DNA from: Candidatus Rokuibacteriota bacterium
Lineage (GTDB): Bacteria; Methylomirabilota; Methylomirabilia; Rokubacteriales; CSP1-6
Assembly (NCBI GenBank): GCA_016200085.1
Contig: JACQFL010000050.1
Span: forward strand, 115,088-179,087
Direction of reading: 5' to 3'
DNA: 64,000 nucleotides
Each line of letters begins with the position of its first letter. The first letter of the stretch is position 1. The notes under the pieces were generated by a model. That model was not told the DNA's origin. It was given only the letters and a program-made list of their open reading frames with translations, and did no database searches. This document shows, piece by piece, positions 7,073-17,009 of this stretch. The translations under genes and the position numbers were made by a program.

Positions 7073-9718
7073 ATGCCGAGCCAGGTCGCCGTCCTGCGCA
7101 CGCGCCCCGAGACCGTCGTCGAGGACTACGGGCGCCTCATGCGGCTGGTGAAGTACGACCAGATCCTCTCGCGCGACACCGATCTCATCCTCAAGCTGAA
7201 CCTCTCGTGGACGAAGTACTTCCCGGCGTGCTCGAGCCAGCCCTGGCAGGTCGACGGCATCCTCAAGACGCTGGTCGACGACGGCTACGAGCGGCGGCGC
7301 CTGCTCCCCGTCGAGAACAAGACCGTGGTCACCAACCCCGACGAGGGCTGCCGCGCCAACAAGTGGCGGCCCGTGCTCCAGCGCCACGGCGTCGGCTTCA
7401 CCGCGCTGCCCGACGTCGAGTGGATCGTCTATCCGTTCAGGTCGCCCCTGCTGAAGCTCAACCGGATCTTTCCCGAGGGCATCCAGATCCCGAAGCTGTA
7501 CCCGGGCAAGAACGTGCTCCACCTGCCCACCGTGAAGTGCGTCCATCCAGATACGGAGATCTTGCTCAGCGACGGCAGATTGATTGGTGCTGAGAGCCTC
7601 GTGAAGGAGTGGCAGGTTCGGGAGCCCGTGCAGTGGCTGCCTGACGGCGATGCCGTCAGTGAAGGTGAGACGAGCGTGGTCTCACTTCGACCAGACGGGC
7701 TCCGCGGTGATCATGCCACCCACTTCTGGCGTACCCCGGTGACCGATGGGCTCGTGTGTGCCATCCGGACTCGTACTGGTCGGCAGGTGACGACATCGAC
7801 GGCACACCCATTCCTTACGCCTGAGGGTTGGAAGCGCGCGACAGACATACGTGTCGGCGACAGAATCGCGGTGGCCCGAAGAATTAGAATTCAAGGTCGC
7901 AGCCAACCGTTGCCCGCAGTCCCAGCGCTGGGCCACGACTCGCTCGATCTCGAGCAGTTGGAGTTTGAGGAGCAACCGCGGTTAACCGTACACGCCCAGC
8001 GCTCGATTGTTCGTGACTATCTCGACGGCGAAACGGTCGCGGAGATCGCTCGCAGGCTTCATGTGGGGCGAAAGATAGTACTGCGATTGCTCGACCGGTG
8101 CGGTGTCACTCTACGTGGTCCGTGGGTGTGGGCCCGTGTTCCCGGCGAGACATCGACGGACTTTTGGCGCTGGATGGGCTACTTCGTTGCGGAGGGTTGG
8201 GCGAGAGAGAACCATGGGTCGTTGGCGATCAACGTCGCCAACAACGATCCCGAGATCCGATCTGATTACATGGCTTTGTGCAAATCGCTATTCGGAGTAT
8301 TGCCTAGAGAGAACGCTGGGACGCTGCGGTTTAATGCCTCGAATTTGAGAAGCTTGTTCGCGCATCTCGGTTTTCGTCCGCCGACGAACGCTGCGACGAA
8401 GCATGTGCCCGATGTGTTGTTCAAGTGCCCCGATGAGGAAATCTCGGGATTCCTATCGGGGTACTTCGACGGGGACGGCACAGTTGGACCCGACGGTGTA
8501 CACGCAACCACGAAGAGTCCGCGCTTGGCCAGTCAGATCCAGATGCTGCTGGCGCGTCTCGGTGTACTCGCGTTTGTAGGTGTGTCGCGCTGCAAGGCCA
8601 CCAATCGCCCATGGACGAAGACTCAGGACTACGCAAAGATCTCGATCTATGGGCAGGATGTCGTTACATTCGCGCGTTGGGTCGGGTTTCGTTGCGCCCG
8701 CAAGCGAGCCCGGCTCCAAGAACTGGTACGTCGGCGGGCGAACGGCAGGCAACCAAGTCACTGGGATACTGTTCCAGTGCCTCCCGCTTTGTTTCGATTC
8801 GTGCGGGAGGGGCTCAAGATCACCCATCGCAGTTCGGAACGCCAGAGTGCGGTCAGCAACATTGAATGGAAACATACTGAACCTACTCGACCAGTCGTTC
8901 AGTATTTCGTTGATCTATTCGAACGACATGATACGAGCGGCCGTTTCCGCGATGAGATCGCGTATATGCGCTACCTCGCGCAAGACGACATTGCGTGGGA
9001 TCGAGTGTCGGACAAGGCTGAAAAGGCAGCTGAAGTCCCGTACCTCTACGATCTTTCAGTACGCGATTCGCGGTCGTTTATCGGCAACGGAATCGTTCTC
9101 CATAACACCCACGGCCACTCTGTCACAACGGGAGCGATAAAGAACAGCTTCGGAGGCTTGCTGAAGGAAGCCCGACACTATGCTCATGAGTTTATGCATG
9201 ACGTACTGGTTGACCTCATGTATATGCAGCGTGAGATCCATCCAGCCGCTCTGGCGGTGATGGACGGGACGGTCATGGGCGACGGCGCCGGCCCCCGTAC
9301 GATGGTGCCGCGCGAGGGCAACCTGATCCTGGCCTCGGCGGACCAGGTCGCCATCGACGCCATCGCCGCGCGGATCATGGGCTTCGACCCGCTCGCCATC
9401 CCGTACCTCCGGATGTGCCACGAGCGCGGGCTCGGGGTGGCGGACCCCCGCGACATCGAGATCGTCGGCGACGAGGACGCGGCGCGGGTCAGCATGGGCT
9501 TCAAGACCAGCCGCAGCCTGGTGATCTGGGGCGACCAGCTCATCCGGCGCGGCCCGCTCAGGCCGCTCAAGCGCCTGCTGCTGCACTCCCCCCTGGTGGT
9601 CTGGGCCCCCTTCGCCTCGAACGTCTACCACGACCTGCTCTGGTACCCGACGGTCGGCCGCGCCCGCATCCGCGCCTTCCGCGCCACGCCCTGGGGAGCC
9701 CTCTTCGAGAAGTACTGA
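7073..9718 (+). CDS. DUF362-family protein interrupted by an in-frame intein (precursor 881 aa; predicted spliced product ~358 aa)
   Basis: The N-extein (155 aa, ...ILKLNLSW...KNVLHLPTVK) and C-extein (203 aa, THGHSVTTGAIKNSFGGLL...VMDGTVMGDGAGP...) join to a normal DUF362-like protein. The internal 523 aa have intein splice-junction and LAGLIDADG motifs. Confidence 0.8.
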   Translation: MPSQVAVLRTRPETVVEDYGRLMRLVKYDQILSRDTDLILKLNLSWTKYFPACSSQPWQVDGILKTLVDDGYERRRLLPVENKTVVTNPDEGCRANKWRPVLQRHGVGFTALPDVEWIVYPFRSPLLKLNRIFPEGIQIPKLYPGKNVLHLPTVKCVHPDTEILLSDGRLIGAESLVKEWQVREPVQWLPDGDAVSEGETSVVSLRPDGLRGDHATHFWRTPVTDGLVCAIRTRTGRQVTTSTAHPFLTPEGWKRATDIRVGDRIAVARRIRIQGRSQPLPAVPALGHDSLDLEQLEFEEQPRLTVHAQRSIVRDYLDGETVAEIARRLHVGRKIVLRLLDRCGVTLRGPWVWARVPGETSTDFWRWMGYFVAEGWARENHGSLAINVANNDPEIRSDYMALCKSLFGVLPRENAGTLRFNASNLRSLFAHLGFRPPTNAATKHVPDVLFKCPDEEISGFLSGYFDGDGTVGPDGVHATTKSPRLASQIQMLLARLGVLAFVGVSRCKATNRPWTKTQDYAKISIYGQDVVTFARWVGFRCARKRARLQELVRRRANGRQPSHWDTVPVPPALFRFVREGLKITHRSSERQSAVSNIEWKHTEPTRPVVQYFVDLFERHDTSGRFRDEIAYMRYLAQDDIAWDRVSDKAEKAAEVPYLYDLSVRDSRSFIGNGIVLHNTHGHSVTTGAIKNSFGGLLKEARHYAHEFMHDVLVDLMYMQREIHPAALAVMDGTVMGDGAGPRTMVPREGNLILASADQVAIDAIAARIMGFDPLAIPYLRMCHERGLGVADPRDIEIVGDEDAARVSMGFKTSRSLVIWGDQLIRRGPLRPLKRLLLHSPLVVWAPFASNVYHDLLWYPTVGRARIRAFRATPWGALFEKY
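7538..9106 (+). mobile_element. intein with LAGLIDADG homing-endonuclease domain (523 aa) inserted in the DUF362 gene
   Basis: Starts with Cys (CVHPDTEILLSDG). Block-B TxxH is present (TTSTAHPFLTPEGW). LAGLIDADG motifs are WMGYFVAEGW and SGYFDGDGTV. The intein ends GIVLHN and is followed by Thr (+1 nucleophile). Local GC is clearly lower than the flanks. Confidence 0.8.
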
Positions 9719-9748
9719 GAGCCCGTGAAGAACCTGACGCGACGTCGA

Positions 9749-9813
9749 GGGGCGCCACGGGTTCCCCGGGGCGCCCCGAGCGTTGGGGGGCTTGGGGGCG
9801 CCCGGAGCCCCCA
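9749..9813. repeat. GC-rich double-hairpin intergenic element, copy 1 (second copy at 45716..45781)
   Basis: Hairpin ggggcgcc...ggcgcccc followed by the conserved gagcgttggggggcttgggggcgcccggagccccca. A near-identical block occurs at 45744..45781. Confidence 0.7.
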
Positions 9814-9848
9814 TGTGGTCAGTCGCGACGCGGTAGAATGACGCTGTC

Positions 9849-11273
9849 GTGAGCCCCTCCCCGCCAGGGACCGTGCGTGTGCGCTTCGCTCCGAGCCCGA
9901 CCGGCCATCTGCACATCGGCGGCGCGCGGACGGCGCTCTTCAACTGGCTGTTCGCCCGCCACCACGGCGGGGCGTTCATCTTGAGGATCGAGGACACCGA
10001 CCGTTCGCGCTCCACCGACGAGACCATCACGTCGATCGTCGACGCACTGGGATGGCTGGGCCTGGACTGGGACGAGGGCCCGCCGGCGCCAGGCTACCGG
10101 CAGACCGAGCGGATGGACCTCTACCGCGCGCACGCGGCGCGGCTGCTCGCGGCGGGCCGGGCGTACTACTGCGACTGCCCGCCCGAGATGCTGGAGCGCG
10201 AGCGGCAGGAGGCCGAGCGGCGCAAGGAGACCTTCCGCTACTCCGGACGATGTCGGGGGCGCGGGTTGACGATGGGCGCGCTCAGGCTGCGCATCCCGGC
10301 CGAGGGCGCGACGGTGGTCAACGACCTCATCCACGGGCCGGTAACCTTCGAGCACCGCCAGCTCGACGACTGGATCCTGGTCCGCACGGACGGCACGCCA
10401 ACCTACAACTTCTGCGTGGTCGTCGACGACGTGACCATGCGCATCACCCACGTCATCCGCGGCAACGACCACCTGTCGAACACTCCCAAGCAGATCCTGT
10501 GCTACGAGGCGCTCGACTATCTCGTGCCGGAGTTCGCCCACGTTTCGATGATCCTCGGCGCCGACCGCCGCCGGCTGTCCAAGCGTCACGGCGCCACCTC
10601 GGTGCAGGCGTTCCGCGAGGCGGGCATCCTCCCGGAGGCGATGGTGAACTACCTCGCCCGGCTGGGCTGGGCGCACGGCGACCAGGAGGTATTCTCGCGC
10701 GAGGACCTCGTCGAGCTCTTCGACATCAAGCACGTCGGGGCCTCGGGCGCGGTGTTCGACCAGGCCAAGCTCGAGTGGCTGTCGCAGGAGTACGTCAAGC
10801 GGCTGCCCGCGGCCGACCTCGCGCGGCGGCTGGGGCCGTTCCTCGCCGCGGCGGGACTGGTTCCGCGCGAGACGCCGGGCTGGCTCGAGGGCGTGGTGGA
10901 GACCTTGCGCGAGCGGGCGAAGACCCTCGTGGAGATGGTGGAGCGCGGCCGGTTCTACTTCGAGCGGCCGGCCGGCTACGACCCGAAGCCGGCCCCGAAG
11001 TTCCTGACTGCCGAGGGCGCGCGGCGGCTCCGCCTGCTCGCCGAGCGTCTCGCCGCGGACCGGGTGTTCACCGCGGCGTCGATCGAGGCGGTGTACCGCG
11101 GGCTGATCGAGGCGCTCGGGCTCACGCTCGTGGATCTCGCCCAGCTCACCCGCCTGGCCGTCACGGGGACGACGGCCTCGCCGCCCATCTTCGACGTCCT
11201 CGCGCTCCTCGGCCGCGAGGAGACCGTGGCGCGGCTCGCGACGGCCCGCGCGGTGGCGGAGGCCGTCCGGTGA
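9849..11273 (+). CDS. gltX: glutamate--tRNA ligase
   Basis: VRVRFAPSPTGHLHIGGARTALFNWLFARHHGG (HIGH motif) and the KMSKS-like LSKRHG. 474 aa. Confidence 0.9.
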   Translation: MSPSPPGTVRVRFAPSPTGHLHIGGARTALFNWLFARHHGGAFILRIEDTDRSRSTDETITSIVDALGWLGLDWDEGPPAPGYRQTERMDLYRAHAARLLAAGRAYYCDCPPEMLERERQEAERRKETFRYSGRCRGRGLTMGALRLRIPAEGATVVNDLIHGPVTFEHRQLDDWILVRTDGTPTYNFCVVVDDVTMRITHVIRGNDHLSNTPKQILCYEALDYLVPEFAHVSMILGADRRRLSKRHGATSVQAFREAGILPEAMVNYLARLGWAHGDQEVFSREDLVELFDIKHVGASGAVFDQAKLEWLSQEYVKRLPAADLARRLGPFLAAAGLVPRETPGWLEGVVETLRERAKTLVEMVERGRFYFERPAGYDPKPAPKFLTAEGARRLRLLAERLAADRVFTAASIEAVYRGLIEALGLTLVDLAQLTRLAVTGTTASPPIFDVLALLGREETVARLATARAVAEAVR

Positions 11274-11955
11274 GGCTCCTCCTGGCCCGTCACGGTCAGT
11301 CCGTCTGGAACGAGGTCCGCCGGTTCCAGGGGACGACCGACGTCGGCCTCTCGCCCCTCGGCCGCGCCCAGGCGGCGGCCCTCGGCTCCGCGCTGCGCGG
11401 ACGGCCGATCGTCGCCGCGTACGTCAGCCCGATGCGGCGGGCCCGCGAGACGGCCGAGATCGCGCTGGCCGGCGCCGCCAGGGCGATGCGGAGCGATCCG
11501 CGCGCGCTCCCGGTGCCCAGCGTGCCGCTGATCGCCGTCGAGGAGCTGCGCGAGCTGTCGCTCGGCGAGTGGGAGGGCTACACGGTCGACGAGATCCGCG
11601 CCCGCGACGGCGATCCCTATCAGGCCTGGCTGCGGGCGCCGCTCGACTGCCCGCCGCCGGGCGCCGAGCCCCTGGACGCCGTGTGCGAGCGGGTGGTGCG
11701 CGCCATCGACCGGATCGTCGCGACCCACCACCGCGGGGAGGACGTGCTGGTCGTCGCCCACGGCGGGGTCATCAGCACCTACGTCTGCCACCTGCTCGGC
11801 TGCTCGTTCAACGCGCTCTGGCGCTTCCGCGTGGACAACGCCTCGCTGACCGTCGTGCGCCCGCCGCGGCTCAGCACCATCAACGCCACCGACCATCTCA
11901 CCGACGGGCTCCGCTCGCCGATCTGGCAGCGGCCCGCCGCGGCCTCGAGCGCGCC

Positions 11956-11959
<4 letters not shown>
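11270..11959 (+). CDS. histidine phosphatase family protein (phosphoglycerate mutase-like)
   Basis: VRLLLARHGQSVWNEVRRFQGTTDVGLSPLGRAQA... carries the RHG catalytic motif. The GTG start overlaps the gltX stop. The 635-aa ORF-track entry 10052..11959 is an artefactual N-terminal extension. Confidence 0.8.
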
Positions 11960-13942
<1,983 letters not shown>

Positions 13943-14145
13943 CCCGGCGGTCATCGACCCTGCCGACGGCGCCCGGCGCCGTCGCGGGCGGGTTCCACGC
14001 CGCCTTCCGGCGCCTGGGCTTCGCCGACCCCCGCGCCGCCGCCGCCAACGTCGAGGCGCTCACCCCCACGCCGCGCGACGCGGAGCTGCTCACCCCCGCC
14101 TTTCCGCGCCTGCTCGCCGAGCTGGCGGCGGCGCCCGACCCCGAC

Positions 14146-17009
14146 ATGGCGCTCAACAACCTGGAGCGGTACGCCGCCCAGGTCGACCGCAGCGTCTTCT
14201 ACCGCACGCTGGCCGAGCATCCGGGCGCCGCCGCGCTGCTCGCCCGGCTCTTCGGCTCGAGCCAGTTCCTCGCCGACGCGCTCAGGATCCGCCCCGTGCT
14301 CCTCTCCTGGCTCCTCGAGGGCGGGACCATGCGGGCATGGCTGCCGGAGGACCTCGCCGCCGACCTCGCGGCGGCGGTGGCGCCGTTCACCACCCGGGAG
14401 GGACGTCTCAAGGCGCTCCGGCGCTTCAAGTACCGCCAGCTCGTGCGCATCGCCAGCCGTGACCTGCTCGGCGACGCTGACCTCACGGTGACCACCGAAG
14501 AGCTCGCCCATGTCGCCGATGCGTGCCTCGAGCAGGCGTGCCGCTGGGCGCTCGCCGCCGGAGCGGCCGATCACGGGGCCCCCCTAGACGGCGCCGGGCA
14601 GCCGACCGGGCTCGCGGTCGTCGGCATGGGCAAGCTCGGGGGCGAGGAGCTCAACTACTCCTCGGACGTCGACCTCATGTTCGTGTACGGCGAGGACGGC
14701 GAGACCGCGGGCGGCCCCGGCGGGCGCGTCGCCAACGGGGAGTTCTTCGCCCGCGTCTGCCGCGACGTCGTGGAGGCCATCGAGAGCGTGACCGACGAAG
14801 GCCACGTCTTCCGCGTGGATCTCCGCCTGCGCCCGGAGGGGCGGATGGGGCCCATCGTGCTGTCCCTCGACGGGTACCGGCGCTACTACGCCGCGCGGGC
14901 CGAGCTCTGGGAGCGGCAGGCGCTGCTCAAGGCGCGCATCTGCGCCGGCGACCGCGCGGTCGGCGGGCGCTTCACGGACCTCGTCCGCGAGGTCGTCTAC
15001 CGGCCTGGCCTCGATCCGGCCGTGGTCCCCGCCATCCGGGGGATGAAGAGTGAGATCGACCGCGCGCTGAGGACGAAGGGCGGCGAGCGCGACAACGTCA
15101 AGCTCGGACCGGGCGGCATCCGCGAGATCGAGTTCGTCGTCCAGGCGCTGCAGCTCCTCTACGCCGGCGACGACTCGTGGCTCCGCGAGCGCGGCACGCT
15201 CAAGGCGATCTTCCGCCTGCTGGAGCGTGGGTACCTGGCTCCCGATCTCGGCCGCGCCCTGTCCGGCGCCTACGTCCACCTGCGCACGGTCGAGCATCGG
15301 CTGCAGATCCTCCACGAGTTCCAGACCCACTCGCTGCCGCGCGATGCCGGCGCGCTGGCCCGCCTCGCCCGGCGGGTCGGCATCGAAGCCCGGGGCGCGG
15401 CGGCGGCGCGGCGGTTCGTCGCCGAGCACCGCCGGGTGCGGGCCACCGTGCAGCGCGCGTTCAGGGAATTCTGCGCCGAGCGCCCCGAGCCGCGCGCGCG
15501 GCCGCCGCGCCTGCCCAGCCTGCTCGCGCTGACGGCGACGGGCTTCCGCGACCCGGAGCGCGCGCGGGCCAACCTGAAAATGATCCGCGAAGGACGCCCG
15601 CTGGTGCCGTACGCCGCCGACCTGCGCGCCACGCTCGACCGGCTGCAGCCGATGCTGCTCGACGCGGTCTGGAAGAGCCCGGATCCCGACGAGGCCCTCA
15701 ACCAGCTCGAGCGCTTCCTGGCCGCCGTCGGGCCACGGGCCGGCCTCGTCGAGATGCTCGCCTCCGAGCCCGCGGTGCTGACCGGGCTGGCGCGGCTCTG
15801 CGCGGGCGGCGACCTGCTGACCCAGCTGCTGATCACCAGCCGGACCTGCTCGCCTCGCTCGCCGATCCCCGCCGGGTGGTCGAGCGGAAGACGGCGCGCG
15901 ACTTCCGCGCCGCCCTCGCGCCGGTGTTCGCGCCGGGCCTCGCCCGGGCCGAGCAGTGGGATGCGCTGAGACGGCTCAAGCAGGCCGAGGAGCTCCAGGT
16001 CGTCTGGCGGTACCTGCTCGGGACGGCGAGCATCGATCGCTACGCGCGTGAGATGACGGCGCTCGCCGAAGCCACGCTCGCCGCGGGCTGGACGCTCGCC
16101 CAGATGGACCTCGTGGAGCGCCACGGCGTGCCGCGCGACGGGCGGGGGCGCTTCGTGCCCGCCGTGCTCGTGGCCATGGGCAAGCTGGGGGGACGGGAGA
16201 TCGTCACCGGCTCCGACCTCGACGTCTTCGTGGTCTTCGCCGGCGACGGCGCGACCGACGGGCCAACGCGCGTCGAGGCGCACACGTTCTGGAGCGACTG
16301 CGTGGCGCGCCTGGCCGCGACCCTGGGCGACATCACGGCCGCCGGGGTGGCGTTTCCCGTCGACCTGCGCCTGAGACCCGGGAGCAAGGGCAGCGGCTTC
16401 GCCGCCAGCCTCGACGCGCTGGAGCGCTACTATCGCGAGCACGGGGATCTGTGGGAGCGCCAGACCCTCGTCCGCGCCCGCCTGGTGCTCGGCGACCGCG
16501 TGCTGGCCCGGCGCGTGCGGGTCGTGCTGCGCGCCCTCGTCTACGGGGCGCCGCTCGACCGCACCGGGCTCAAGGAGATCGCCGAGGTCCGCGCGCGGAT
16601 GCAGGTCGAGCTGGGCAAGGAGACGCCGGGGCGGCTGCACGTGAAGTTCGGCCGCGGCGGGCTCGTGGACGTGGAGTTCCTCGCCCAGGCGCTGCAGCTC
16701 GTCCACGGCGCCGGGGCAGTGGAGGTCCGGTGCTGCGCGACGGCCGCCGCCCTCCGGGGGCTGGCGCGCGTGGGGGCCCTCGAGGCCGGGGCCGCGGCGG
16801 CGCTGGTGGAGCACGCGCGGTTCCTCCGGCGGCTCTCCGCGGCGCTGCGGCTGCTCGGCGCCCGTCCGGCCGACACCCTCGATCTCGCCGGACCGATGCC
16901 GGCGCGGGTGGCCAGCGCGCTCGGCCACGCCTCGCGCGCGGAGTTCCTCGCGGAGTACCGGCGGCGCACCGGCGCGGTGCGCGCCGCCTGGGAGGCGCTC
17001 CGGGCATGA
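14146..17009 (+). CDS. glnE: bifunctional glutamine synthetase adenylyltransferase/adenylyl-removing enzyme GlnE, split by an apparent -1 frameshift near 15838. The N-terminus probably extends upstream toward 13942.
   Basis: Two GlnE nucleotidyltransferase halves are present (GMGKLGGEELNYSSDVDLMFVY and AMGKLGGREIVTGSDLDVFVVF), in ORFs 14146..15969 and 15177..17009. They join at cagctgctgatcaccagccggacctgctc (LLITS|PDLLASLADP). The two parts sum to ~955 aa, as for intact GlnE. Confidence 0.8.

Noticed and set aside
8103-9140. Cluster of short alternate-frame ORFs inside the intein region
   Set aside because: They are a by-product of the lower-GC composition of the intein DNA. The continuous in-frame intein translation with LAGLIDADG motifs explains the region.
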